27,991 nt of DNA from Oligoflexus sp. (lineage in GTDB: Bacteria > Bdellovibrionota_B > Oligoflexia > Oligoflexales > Oligoflexaceae): NCBI GenBank assembly GCA_041736305.1, contig JBGSTX010000381.1, positions 1 through 27,991 on the forward strand. The letters are read 5' to 3'. The number at the start of each line of letters is the position of its first letter. The stretch's first letter is position 1. Under the pieces are notes generated by a model. It saw nothing but the letters and a program-made list of their open reading frames with translations. It was not told the origin of the DNA and made no database searches. Shown here piece after piece: positions 1 through 9,916 of the stretch. The translations under genes and the position numbers were made by a program.

Positions 1-293
1 TAGAGCTTATTTCTGGCCTTCCCACGGGCATTTCTTTTTTCAGTGCCTTTGCTCAAGACTGGACCTAGATTGACTCCATAAAAGCGTCCCTCAGAATCAG
101 CAAAGGCTTCGCTATAGCCTTTGTCGACACCGATGACTTCATCGCCGTGGGCCCTATATGTTTTCTGGACTATCGTATAGTGAACGTAAACCACGCCCTT
201 CTTCAAAATTAGTCTTAAGCAGCCATGGAGGCGAGCCTTGGCGTTTAACGGTACGCATATTCTTTTGCCCTTGTTACTACGATCGCTTATCAT
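1..293 (-). pseudogene. IS200/IS605-type TnpB-like RuvC nuclease fragment, N-terminally truncated, runs off the window edge
   Basis: Not in the ORF track because it has no stop in the window. My translation of the minus frame from 272 reads KGKRICVPLNAKARLHGCLRLILKKGVVYVHYTIVQKTYRAHGDEVIGVDKGYSEAFADSEGRFYGVNLGPVLSKGTEKRNARGKARNKL. VIGVDKGYSEAFADSEG looks like a RuvC-I motif followed by a bridge-helix-like segment. An in-frame ATG lies at 293, overlapping the permease 3' end. Confidence 0.6.
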
Positions 294-786
294 TGTTCTT
301 GGCTTTTCCCATGGAATCTTCATTGTTGGCATCAAAAAACTGGTTTTCTATCGCCGGCGTGCCAGTATCCTTGATGCCTCGACGCAGTTGATCGCGTCCT
401 GCCTGTGCCAGGGCATAGTAGCGTTGCTTGATGTGAAACAGTTCGGCATCGGTCAATTCTTCGAGGTCCATCATCGCTGTGTGTGCGCCACGCACGGCCC
501 GAATCAGTTCGTCCATCTTCAAATGCATCGCTTGGCTATCACGATTTTGAGTGTTTTGAATGAGGAACACCATAATGAAAGTGATAATGGTCGTGCTCGT
601 GTTGATCACAAGTTGCCAGGTGTCACTGTAGTGAAAGAAAGGGCCCGTGGCGAGCCACACCAAGACCGCGCTGACGGCGGCGGCGAAGGCCCAGGGGCGG
701 CCAGTGGCATAGGCAATGGCCTTAGCAAAATGGGCAAACCGTCCGCGGTCGGAGCGATGATGAGTGTCCTTTAGATGGTTGTTCAT
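277..786 (-). CDS. Low-affinity iron permease family protein (Fet4-like small membrane protein)
   Basis: Family signature WLATGPFFHYSDTWQLVINTSTTIITFIMVFLIQNTQNRDSQAMHLKMDELIRA. Confidence 0.9.
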   Translation of the reverse strand: MNNHLKDTHHRSDRGRFAHFAKAIAYATGRPWAFAAAVSAVLVWLATGPFFHYSDTWQLVINTSTTIITFIMVFLIQNTQNRDSQAMHLKMDELIRAVRGAHTAMMDLEELTDAELFHIKQRYYALAQAGRDQLRRGIKDTGTPAIENQFFDANNEDSMGKAKNNDKRS

Positions 787-1222
787 AGCTGGCTTCTCTT
801 GGGTTTAGGTCTTAGTGATTAAGGAAAAGCTCCTAGCATTAAGATCTCAAGTATCGATTTAATTCTTGATTCTACCCATCCTGGGCAAAACCTCTGACTC
901 AATACTGCCAGCCTATCGATACTGCGCACTAGACTAGCAGGAATGGTCGCAGGGTGTTGCAAATTTCAATCAATAAAGCTTATAGGATTGATATCATAAG
1001 CCGAGCAGAGTACCCTATCGGGCACTTGATTAGAATATTTGTTTAATCTTTTCTTGAAAGAAAATCGTCCAATAGAAGAATTGAAAAAATTTGTCATGAA
1101 CTTATTCATCAGGCATCGCCGCGCTCCGGTCGAAAGTCCAGGAATTCGTGGGTGGACTCAGTCGGAACCTCCGGTCGGATACTCAGAAATACGCAACTGT
1201 CACCCTTTGATAAGCAGAGATT

Positions 1223-1930
1223 ATGCACACCTCACGCCCTAGGCATCAAGAAATGCATCGTAGCGACCGTACCGGATGGTTGCGTGCCGCGGTGCTTGGA
1301 TCCAATGATGCTATCGTTTCGACGGCTAGTTTGATGCTGGGCGTTGCCGCTAGCAATGCATCCCGGGAGGCCATTCTAGTCGCTGGTATTGCGGGGCTCG
1401 TTGCAGGTTCCATGTCGATGGCGGCTGGTGAATTTGTTTCAGTCAGTTCTCAGCGCGATGCTGAGTCAGCTGATATCGTCAAGGAAATGCGTGAACTCGC
1501 AAAGAGCCCCATACCGGAGCTGAATGAACTCGCTGAAATTTACATGCGCCGCGGTCTAGACCGGGTCTTAGCTTTCGAGGTAGCCAAGCAATTGACTGCG
1601 CACGACGTACTTGCCGCTCACCTCCGCGATGAGCTCGGAATAAGAGAAGGTGACCTGGCTCAGCCCTGGCATGCGGCTTGGGTTTCAGCTGTGAGCTTTG
1701 CTGCTTTTGCACTGATACCCTTGCTCTTTCTTTGGATCGCTCCACAATCTCTGCAAATTTTTTGCATCACTGCTTCATCTCTGGTGAGTCTGGCTATACT
1801 GGGTGCCTTGGGAGCCAAGCTCGGCGGCGCACCAGTGCCGCGAGCCGTTTTGCGCGTGGTCCTCGGAGGAGGGCTTGCCATGCTGGTAACGGCCGGAATC
1901 GGAAAACTTCTGAATGTGGCTGTCGTCTGA
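1223..1930 (+). CDS. VIT1/CCC1 family Fe2+/Mn2+ transporter
   Basis: WLRAAVLGSNDAIVS, AGSMSMAAGEFVSVSSQRD and AHLRDELGI motifs, with several TM helices. Confidence 0.93.
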   Translation: MHTSRPRHQEMHRSDRTGWLRAAVLGSNDAIVSTASLMLGVAASNASREAILVAGIAGLVAGSMSMAAGEFVSVSSQRDAESADIVKEMRELAKSPIPELNELAEIYMRRGLDRVLAFEVAKQLTAHDVLAAHLRDELGIREGDLAQPWHAAWVSAVSFAAFALIPLLFLWIAPQSLQIFCITASSLVSLAILGALGAKLGGAPVPRAVLRVVLGGGLAMLVTAGIGKLLNVAVV

Positions 1931-2352
1931 AGATATCAAAATACTTGGCTTTGCCTAAAAATTGGTAAATCAGTGTCAATAGCAGCCTCAGCAAGCTTGC
2001 AGGGTGTGTTTGTTTTCCCAGATACCTTTCTGATGTTATTGAGTAGTTTTTCTCGACCTTTTTTCCACCATTTCGCGGAACCTGCTTCAACCCTTGTCAT
2101 ACTAAAGAGCCTTTTTCCTCACTGGTCACTGGTCACTTACTTGCCAGCTCGAAACGGCAAAAAAATTCCAATTTGAGTCGCTTTCCTAGGCAAAAATCCT
2201 TCGCCGAAGGTGTTTTCTAATCTTAATTGAACTGGGCTTGAGGGCTGCTCAAACACCGCGCGAAAGCTTCTTGCTCTTTTGGCGTGTGTCTGGCAAGAAA
2301 CGCCTACTGACACATCAATCATAGCGAACGGAGATCGCAACAGGCTTTTGGA

Positions 2353-3846
2353 GTGACTGTGAAACTATTTTACTTCAGCCATTTAACTTTGTCTTTGCTT
2401 CTGATTTCGTGCGGATCTTCCGAAGACAAAGCCAGCCGCGTCGACGATCGCTTCGAATCCTTAATCAGCAACATCAATCTTAACGACCCAGAAGCTTTCA
2501 ACTCCGAAGGTTTTAATCTTAGGCGCCCCGAAGTCGACTTTTTCAGCGGTGAGGGTGGTGCCGAGGGTGATCCTATCCTCAAATGGAACTATGTGCTGCT
2601 CGAGGCTAACGCCATTGATCACGGTTTGCAGCGGCCAGACCAGGGAGGCCCAGTGCGCACGGCCCGGGCTTTTGCAATCGTCCACATCGCCATGTATGAA
2701 GCCATCAATTCTATAGTTCATTTCGCAGCTCCTTATCTGGGTCTCGATGCGCGGTCTGATGTCGATCAGCGGGTCGCAATTGCTGCTGCTGCACATAAGA
2801 CTCTTTCGGAGCTCTATCCTCAGCAGAGGGAGAGTTTCGATGAGGCTCTCCGCGATAGCCTCCGGCCCCTCTCATATTCCGACGCGAGCTATCGGGGATT
2901 CGCCCTTGGTCGCTACAGCGCGAATATGATTCTTCGCCAGCGTGAGAACGATGGCTCGCAGAATCCTGGATTCTATAGACCAAGAAATGAAGTCGGCTTT
3001 CACCAAGTAGATCCGCTGCATCCCAATCAGGGTTTCCTCGATCCCAACTGGGGATCGGTCCGGCCTTTTGTTCTCAGTAGCACCAGGATCGGTGAGGTTC
3101 CGCCACCCCCTGCGATCGACAGTGAAGAATACGCTGCAAACTTCGAAGAAGTGAGACGTCTCGGCGGTGATGGTAGGACGACTCCGACACAAAGATCTCG
3201 CGAACAGACTGAGATCGGTACTTTCTGGGGATACGACGGGAGGCCAGGTCTCGGCACTCCTCCGCGCCTCTACAATCAAATCGCGCGCGAGATCACCGTC
3301 CAAGAATGCAGCACGCCCTACGAAAATGCTCTTTTGTTTCTTGGGATCAATATCGCGATGGCCGATGCAGGAATTGTCGCCTGGAAGGCTAAGTATGACT
3401 TTGAGCTTTGGCGTCCTGTGGTAGGAATCCGGGCAGGGCAGCGTGATCGCAACTCCAGCACGCGCGGTGACGAACGATGGGCACCTCTGGGGGCCCCAGC
3501 CTCCAATGGACCTGGCGGTGATTTTTCGCCTAATTTTCCGGCTTACACTTCGGGTCACGCATCCTTCGGTGAGGCCCTGTTCAAAACACTTTCAAACTTC
3601 TTTAAAAGAGATCGACTGCCCTTTAGCTTTGTGTCAGATGAATTCAACGGCCGGACAGTCGATCAGGACGGTCGGGTGCGACCGCTCCGACGTCGCAGCT
3701 ACGAGCGGCTGAGCGAGGCCAGTGAAGAAAATGCAGTGAGCCGCCTATACCTCGGCATTCACTGGCGCTTTGACAAAGATGAAGGGCAAAAAAGCGGGGG
3801 GACCGTGGCCGACTTCGTCAGTTCGCGTCTTTTTAAGGACTACTGA
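2353..3846 (+). CDS. Vanadium-dependent haloperoxidase (PAP2 superfamily, chloroperoxidase-like), predicted lipoprotein
   Basis: Vanadate-binding motifs KAKYDFELWRP, FPAYTSGH and SRLYLGIHWRFD, plus FWGYDG..LGTPPRLYNQI. N-terminal lipobox LLISC. GTG start preceded by GGA. Confidence 0.88.
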   Translation: MTVKLFYFSHLTLSLLLISCGSSEDKASRVDDRFESLISNINLNDPEAFNSEGFNLRRPEVDFFSGEGGAEGDPILKWNYVLLEANAIDHGLQRPDQGGPVRTARAFAIVHIAMYEAINSIVHFAAPYLGLDARSDVDQRVAIAAAAHKTLSELYPQQRESFDEALRDSLRPLSYSDASYRGFALGRYSANMILRQRENDGSQNPGFYRPRNEVGFHQVDPLHPNQGFLDPNWGSVRPFVLSSTRIGEVPPPPAIDSEEYAANFEEVRRLGGDGRTTPTQRSREQTEIGTFWGYDGRPGLGTPPRLYNQIAREITVQECSTPYENALLFLGINIAMADAGIVAWKAKYDFELWRPVVGIRAGQRDRNSSTRGDERWAPLGAPASNGPGGDFSPNFPAYTSGHASFGEALFKTLSNFFKRDRLPFSFVSDEFNGRTVDQDGRVRPLRRRSYERLSEASEENAVSRLYLGIHWRFDKDEGQKSGGTVADFVSSRLFKDY

Positions 3847-4407
3847 GCATCTTGCCCGTCGGGAGCAGCGGGACGAAAGTCCCGACGGCGACCGAAACCT
3901 AACTAAGTCGCAAGTTTTTCGCCTTCTCCTGCCAATCATCTATCCTGCTGTCATCATCACCAGAATACTGAAGAATGCGGATACTAGCCACAGGTGCTCA
4001 CAGAAGACTACACCGATGCCGATTCGTTTTCTAACAAGAGACAACCAGCTGGGAGCCACAAACATGACAAGGGTTTTAGGCCAAATTGCTCGGCTGATGG
4101 CGCATTATCCCGCGTGAGCACTGCGAACTTTCCGGCTGCTGCCGCTGCGGACGCTGACGCTACCTTTGGGTGGCATTCAGCGGAAATTTCTTTCTTCTTC
4201 ATCGAAGGAGAAACCTGCCTTGGAAGCGATGGGCCTTGTACTCTGAACTTTCCCAAGGTCTGGGCTGCTGCTGGTGAGGACTGTGATGCTCTTCTGCCTG
4301 TGTTCGATGTGTCGAGCTGCAGGTCTTAAGGGCCATTAGCTGAGGGTCGGGGCTTTTTAAGGCTCCCGGCCTGGAAGCACGGCCTCACCATCGACTTGAG
4401 TCCAAAC

Positions 4408-4827
4408 TCATTTCTTCACTTCAACGGCCGGGTAGTCTTCAAGATAAGATTCTCCGAGGGCGCCAAGGTAGGTAACCTTACGAGTTTGAAAATCTACGTT
4501 GTAGCTAACAACTCCAGCAGCCCAAGATGCATTTAAGAATTCTGGAAAAGTGCTTTCTCCCGCTTGATCAATTCGCAATGCACGAACGAGCGCTTCTCGG
4601 TCGAACTTCGGTACATCAGCTTTACCTTTGATAAGAGGATCACCTTGCATGACGACTGGTCCATGCTTTGTCAGGTAAAGGCTTTGGCAAGAAGGAAGAG
4701 TCCAGATATTCCGCGTCACCCCGGCGAGCCGCAAAATCTCCGCGAAGTATGGAAATCCTCCAAGCTTAGGGCGATTGCTGATTGCAGTCTGTAGCGCATC
4801 TTCAAGATTTTTGCTTGCTTGACTCAA
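4408..4827 (-). CDS. DUF1398 family protein
   Basis: FPYFAEILRLAGV...ALRIDQAGESTFPEFLNASWAAGVVSYNVDF two-repeat pattern. AAGGAG RBS upstream of the TTG start. Confidence 0.85.
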   Translation of the reverse strand: MSQASKNLEDALQTAISNRPKLGGFPYFAEILRLAGVTRNIWTLPSCQSLYLTKHGPVVMQGDPLIKGKADVPKFDREALVRALRIDQAGESTFPEFLNASWAAGVVSYNVDFQTRKVTYLGALGESYLEDYPAVEVKK

Positions 4828-5220
4828 GTCGTCTCCTTCTCGTCTGGTGAGATGTGCAAATTATAGAATATGGCTACTTCGCCGCTGAGTTGTGCCTCAG
4901 ACTAGAGATGGATGAGAAGCTAAGCTGTCCCAGCCTAGAGGCATTTTACCAGATTGCCCAAAAACGACAAACCTGTCGGAATATCGTAACTCTGAGGGAA
5001 TGTGTTCAACGCACTTCAGCTGCGAAACAAGTCCTTCTAAGCGCTGAAGCTAGCAAGCAATAAGTCAAAAACTATAATTCCATGATAATATGAACTTGCA
5101 TGACGCATTCTGTTCGACAAATTTGCTTGGAATTCTCTTTTAGGCATCTTTGTAACTTAGTGAGGTCAGGAGCAGAAGTGAATTGAGAAAGCAAAACTTC
5201 TTCTTGGGAGCCGCCTGCTC

Positions 5221-6558
5221 ATGACTTCATCTGCATTTTTTTGCTTGTTGGCATTCATGCTGAATCTCAGTGTTCTGATGGCGCCTAAAGCTTTGTTTGC
5301 TGAGACTCACTCGTGTGAGCAAGCTGAGTCAAATCCATCGATTAAAGGATTGAAAGTCACATCGATAGATTTTCGTGGCTTGGTCAAGACCGATTCCGTG
5401 CAACTCTCGCGATTTCTGGAATCAAATATTCAAGAGGAATTGTCGTTTGAAAAACTGGCTACGGATCTTGCACGCCTGCAGGATTTAGGTATTTTCTCCC
5501 GAGTGAGCTGTAATATTGAGCTGAATGAGCAGACGGCAAAAGTACTTTTTGATGTCGAAGAAAAGTGGACCACAATCCCCATTATCAAATTCACAAGTGG
5601 AGGTGGGGTTCGTCAGCAAACTTTGGGTCTGTTAGATGCCAACTTCCTCGGGCAGGCTCGCGAAATAGGGGCATTCGTAGAAAAATTGGGTGATGCCTGG
5701 TCAGGCGTCATTTGGTTTAAAGATGCAGCTATATTTGATCCGCGATGGTCGCTATTAGTCCAGGCTTGGTCCATCCATCGCCTGAGAACGAAATACGTAC
5801 AAGAAATATCAGAAGTACAAATCAAAACTGGTTTTTTTCAAAGCCGACAGAAGTACCAAATCGATCTTGCTCGAGAATGGTCAAGCACTTGGAAAAGCAC
5901 AGCGATATTTGAGTTCAATCAAGATCAATTCTCCGATCAATTTCTCGACGACGAAATCAAACTTAAGTTGATGTCCACTGGTCTGCCCCCCGCTACGCGC
6001 GCGTCAATTATTGGGCTTGTGAATCGATGGGGACGTATTACGGCAGATAGAAGCCTATTCAAAGGTCAGGAATTGGAGCAAAGTGTTCGATACTATTCCA
6101 TTCTTGGAGGGAATTCCCATGATTTCTTGCAGAATGAGCTTCGCTGGCGTGGGTTTTTTCCTCTGCTGGCTCAGTCTTCATTAGCCTGGCAATTGCGGAT
6201 GGGACTGAGCGATACTAATGTCCTCCAGTACTGGTATTACTTGGGTGGGCTCGACGGAATTCGAGGATTCAGAGACAATCGATTTGCTGGCAGAAATTTT
6301 TTGCTTGGCAATTTTGAATTGCGGCAGAACTTTGTTGTCCACCCCAGCCTCCACCTTCAACTGGTGCCTTTTATCGATAGCGTCGCTGTAAGCGAAAGGA
6401 TTGAATACTTGGATGCGGTGGATGGTTCGAGTGCTGGTGTGGGAGTGCGTATACTGCTGCCCAAAGTCTATCGACTTGTAGTAAGACTGGACTATGCAGT
6501 CCCAATCAAGAGTAAAGATGATGAACGCCTGGGACTGGGCGTTCAGCACTTCTTCTGA
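5221..6558 (+). CDS. Omp85/BamA-TamA superfamily outer-membrane protein with a single N-terminal POTRA domain
   Basis: Signal peptide. POTRA-like segment (IDFRGLVKT...DLARLQDLGIFSRV...VEEKW), LGGLDGIRGF (VRGF/Y-like motif), RLDYA and C-terminal Phe. Confidence 0.8.
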   Translation: MTSSAFFCLLAFMLNLSVLMAPKALFAETHSCEQAESNPSIKGLKVTSIDFRGLVKTDSVQLSRFLESNIQEELSFEKLATDLARLQDLGIFSRVSCNIELNEQTAKVLFDVEEKWTTIPIIKFTSGGGVRQQTLGLLDANFLGQAREIGAFVEKLGDAWSGVIWFKDAAIFDPRWSLLVQAWSIHRLRTKYVQEISEVQIKTGFFQSRQKYQIDLAREWSSTWKSTAIFEFNQDQFSDQFLDDEIKLKLMSTGLPPATRASIIGLVNRWGRITADRSLFKGQELEQSVRYYSILGGNSHDFLQNELRWRGFFPLLAQSSLAWQLRMGLSDTNVLQYWYYLGGLDGIRGFRDNRFAGRNFLLGNFELRQNFVVHPSLHLQLVPFIDSVAVSERIEYLDAVDGSSAGVGVRILLPKVYRLVVRLDYAVPIKSKDDERLGLGVQHFF

Positions 6559-6750
6559 GCGGATATTATGGTCCAGAGAACTTGGCCACGAGTGAGCGGG
6601 GGTGTATTCAATGATATTGGATGCTTAGCATTCGGTAATTGTGTTTTGCTTATCAGTCCTTGGCGGAAAATACGACCAAAGAGAGCATTTGAACGACCGA
6701 CTAGGCGCCTAGCTAAGACTTGCTCAAGACTCGTGCCATCGTTGGTATTT

Positions 6751-7188
6751 TTACTTGCAAAGCCTATCAACCAGATCGATCAATGCTTGAGCTTCTGGGC
6801 TTTTATTTGTGATGAAGATACTTGATCGCTGTCCACCAAGAATGATCATTTCACCAGATACTTGATTGAATCCGAAATACTTGTCCGATGGGACGTCTGT
6901 TGGACCTTCGCTCTCAACAACTTCGCCATCAGCAGCTGCAGCCAGCAAATCCAGGGCGGAGGCGTCGAGGGTCTGCTCGCGCTTTTCTACTGTAGTTTGG
7001 CCATCTCTCGTCTTATTGGTGATGACTGTTACATCAGAAAAGATCTCGCATTTGTAAGAAAAACTGTAGGGGCCCCAACTAAAGATTGAACTCTTGCCTA
7101 GAACAGGACTCTGGTCTGCAGCCAGTGCAGAAACGCTGGCGAAAGCTGCGGCAAATAAAAGCGCTTTAATGCATGTACTGATTTTCAT
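6751..7188 (-). CDS. Hypothetical secreted protein
   Basis: Clear signal peptide (MKISTCIKALLFAAAFASVSALA), AGGAG RBS, two Cys in the mature part. Confidence 0.75.
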   Translation of the reverse strand: MKISTCIKALLFAAAFASVSALAADQSPVLGKSSIFSWGPYSFSYKCEIFSDVTVITNKTRDGQTTVEKREQTLDASALDLLAAAADGEVVESEGPTDVPSDKYFGFNQVSGEMIILGGQRSSIFITNKSPEAQALIDLVDRLCK

Positions 7189-7359
7189 AAAATCTCCTGA
7201 AGTAAAGTGAAAAACGATTGCCTGAACTGCAGCTGTATATAGGGCGCTTCTTACTAAACTTCAATACACAACGGATTTGAGTCGACAAAATCGCTCTCTC
7301 AGTAAGAGCAACTGCGAGTGGCTGGTCGGTCAACAAATAGTTCGTTTGAGCCCCCAACT

Positions 7360-7378
7360 TATAATGATTAATATTAGT
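7360..7378. promoter_or_regulatory. Possible Fur-box-like site
   Basis: TATAATGATTAATATTAGT matches 13 of 19 positions of the E. coli Fur consensus GATAATGATAATCATTATC. It is an AT-rich patch about 170 bp upstream of the 6751-7188 gene. Confidence 0.25.
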
Positions 7379-7537
7379 ATCTTGAGAGTGGGGAATTCTC
7401 CCCCCCCTCCCTTGAGCCCGGCGATCTTCTCTTGCTTGGCATTGGGGTCGTGGGCGCGCACTTCGCCTGCCAACGTCAATGCGCATCTTTTTTTCTGAGG
7501 TCGTTTTGAGCTTGAGTGGGGCCGCTTTGAAATGCCC

Positions 7538-9916
7538 CTATTTTCTGACGAAGGTGTAGACACCGTCCCAAGAAGCAGGCATGGCTTGGAGCTCTGCCTC
7601 TTGGCAGCGCTCGATATAGAGCCTCGAAGCCACGTCATCAGACCGAAGTTCCAAACACTGCCCAAATAAAGCAATAGCAGCGACCCAGTCCTGTCGCTTG
7701 TAAGCTTGGCGTCCTGCGGCAAAGCGATCAATAAAGGCTCGCAGTTCAGCTTCTGATCTGAAGGTATGAGGCAGCATGACTTCGAAAATATGTACGGGCT
7801 CTCGCTTGCCTTTGACCCGAACATCATCGATATCGCGCAGGAAGAAATGGCCCGGAGTGAGCTGCTTCTGTGTAAATTCACTAATCAGGATGCTAACCCC
7901 GTATTCCTTAGTGAGGCTTTCGAGGCGCGAGCCAAGATTGACAGCATCGCCCATGACGGTATAGGTAAACCTCTCGTTCGATCCCATGTTGCCTACGGAC
8001 ATGAAGCCTGTATTCAGGCCGATCCCGATATCGATGGGTGGGAGTCCTCGCTCTTTGAATTCCAGCTTCAGGCGATCCATGGCCCGCATCATATCGAGAG
8101 CCGCCTTCGCAGCGATATCTGCATGCTGTGGCAATTCGATCGGAGCACCCCAGAAGGCCATGATCGCATCGCCGATATACTTGTCCAGCACACCGCCGCT
8201 GCGTAAGATAATGGAAGTCATTGGCGTAAAATACTGATTCATCATGCTGCACAGGGCTTCTGGAGTCAGCGATTCAGAAATGCTGGTGAAACCTCGCATA
8301 TCTGAAAACAAGACGGTCAGTTCCCGCTTTACCCCACCGAGCTGCATGGCCTTAGGATTGTCTAGCAGCTGCTTGATGACTGCGGGGCTCAGGTAATGCT
8401 GAAAGGTCCCTTTGACCTTTTTCCGCTCCCTCTCCTCGGTAAAATATTTATAAAGCGTGGTCAAGCCGAACATCGAGAAGATTTCCAGACTGGGAATGGC
8501 GAGATAAGCCCAGGTTCCCTGGCCGAACCAGAAAAATTTGTCGACGCAGAGGTAGCCCAGGAGGAAAGCCAGGACCGCGATGCCGGATATCAGGGCCTGT
8601 CCGTAGATCATGAGCGGCGCAAACAAGAGACCGATGCCGAGAATGATCAGGAGTTCGGTTCTATAGATGCTAGTCGATCGCAGGAGGTAGCGCTGCGATA
8701 AAATATTATCAAGAGCCGCCGCGTGATTCTCTACGCCATCCAGCGAGGAGTCGAAGGGATTGGCGCGGATATCGTTGGTCCCCGATGCTGTCCCGCCAAA
8801 GATCAAGATAGCGTCTTTGAGGAACTTTTTCTCGCGCTTGCTAAAGGAATTGTTATATGCATCAGCTAGGCTGAAATGGGGAATGCTGTGGCTCGGTCCC
8901 AGGTGGTTGATCAGCATGCGACCGCTACCACGCGCATCGGTCGGGATCTCGATCACGTCCTCAGGATTATCTCGCTTGACCAAAACGAGACTATTGATCC
9001 CAAACTCATCGAAAACTACCGCTATCTCGCGATCGAGACTTTCTGCGGCTAGCTTGAGCGACAAAGAAGGCATGAGGCTGCCACCTACGTCGGCCACCAA
9101 GGTGATCCAGCGATTGATCGCATCGTTGTCGGCATTGTTCGAAAAGAAGCCGAAATGATGCGCAGCTCCCGTCAGTGGAGGAATATTGGCCAGGATGCCC
9201 TTCGCTCTGGCGAGCTCTCTATAGCTAGCGAGAGTTCGCCCTGAGGGCATGTCGATCATGATTTCGGATGCTTCCTTCATCGGCCCTAACTGCGGGAAAA
9301 CCGAGTTTTCAGCGACAGGTTTCAAAGTGATTTCGGAATCATGCTCGAAGTATAAATATCCCATGACGATGTTTGCGAAGGTAGCAATTGCCTGCGTAAA
9401 AGAGCTATCAGCCGGGCTTTCCTGCAAGATCTTATCGAGTTTAGCCACCTCAAAAGAAGCCGGACTACGGCTGGTTCGCAGCTCTTCGATCACTTGGGAA
9501 AAGTCAGGCCCGGTAGCGCCTTCAACCTCGGCAAAGATCGCATCGAAGCCGATCCACCTCACGCCCAAGTTTTTGAGATTTTGAAAGGCCTGAGCGTAGT
9601 AGCGCCGCGAGAAGGGCCAGCGACCGAACTGCGCGATCGCTTTCTCATCGACGGCGAGGATGCCGATTTTGCTGGAACTGTGCAGAGGCCCACGCAGCTT
9701 CATACGCAGATCGAGTATCTTTGACTCGATCATATAGACGAAGTCGCTGTCCTTATTGTCGAAGCGGAAGCTCTTGTAGTGGTAGAGCATAGCCCCGTAG
9801 CTGGCGAGCATACAGGCCATGCAAATCCCTATCAGCATGGCCCGCTTTTTGAGATGGCTACCGAGGCCTTTGAAAAAGAGCTTGCTAGAGCTTCGATGGC
9901 TCAAAGCCTGCCTCAC
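7538..9916 (-). CDS. CHASE2-domain class III adenylate cyclase
   Basis: CHASE2 motifs (FGRWPFSR, IGFDAIFAE, GVENHA), TM helices, and cyclase motifs LFSDMRGFT, DKYIGDAIMAFWGAP, TYTVMGDAVNLGSRLE. The Lys/Thr specificity pair indicates ATP. Short TPR-like tail. Confidence 0.93.
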   Translation of the reverse strand: MRQALSHRSSSKLFFKGLGSHLKKRAMLIGICMACMLASYGAMLYHYKSFRFDNKDSDFVYMIESKILDLRMKLRGPLHSSSKIGILAVDEKAIAQFGRWPFSRRYYAQAFQNLKNLGVRWIGFDAIFAEVEGATGPDFSQVIEELRTSRSPASFEVAKLDKILQESPADSSFTQAIATFANIVMGYLYFEHDSEITLKPVAENSVFPQLGPMKEASEIMIDMPSGRTLASYRELARAKGILANIPPLTGAAHHFGFFSNNADNDAINRWITLVADVGGSLMPSLSLKLAAESLDREIAVVFDEFGINSLVLVKRDNPEDVIEIPTDARGSGRMLINHLGPSHSIPHFSLADAYNNSFSKREKKFLKDAILIFGGTASGTNDIRANPFDSSLDGVENHAAALDNILSQRYLLRSTSIYRTELLIILGIGLLFAPLMIYGQALISGIAVLAFLLGYLCVDKFFWFGQGTWAYLAIPSLEIFSMFGLTTLYKYFTEERERKKVKGTFQHYLSPAVIKQLLDNPKAMQLGGVKRELTVLFSDMRGFTSISESLTPEALCSMMNQYFTPMTSIILRSGGVLDKYIGDAIMAFWGAPIELPQHADIAAKAALDMMRAMDRLKLEFKERGLPPIDIGIGLNTGFMSVGNMGSNERFTYTVMGDAVNLGSRLESLTKEYGVSILISEFTQKQLTPGHFFLRDIDDVRVKGKREPVHIFEVMLPHTFRSEAELRAFIDRFAAGRQAYKRQDWVAAIALFGQCLELRSDDVASRLYIERCQEAELQAMPASWDGVYTFVRK

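Noticed and set aside
2119-2137. TCACTGG tandem repeat (about 2.7 copies)
   Set aside because: Too short to distinguish from chance. No spacers, so not CRISPR-like.
3994-4329. Cys-containing ORF (CSADGALSRVSTANFPAA...), possibly a remnant of a secreted protein
   Set aside because: No clear RBS or family assignment, and overlapping ORFs on both strands are equally unconvincing.
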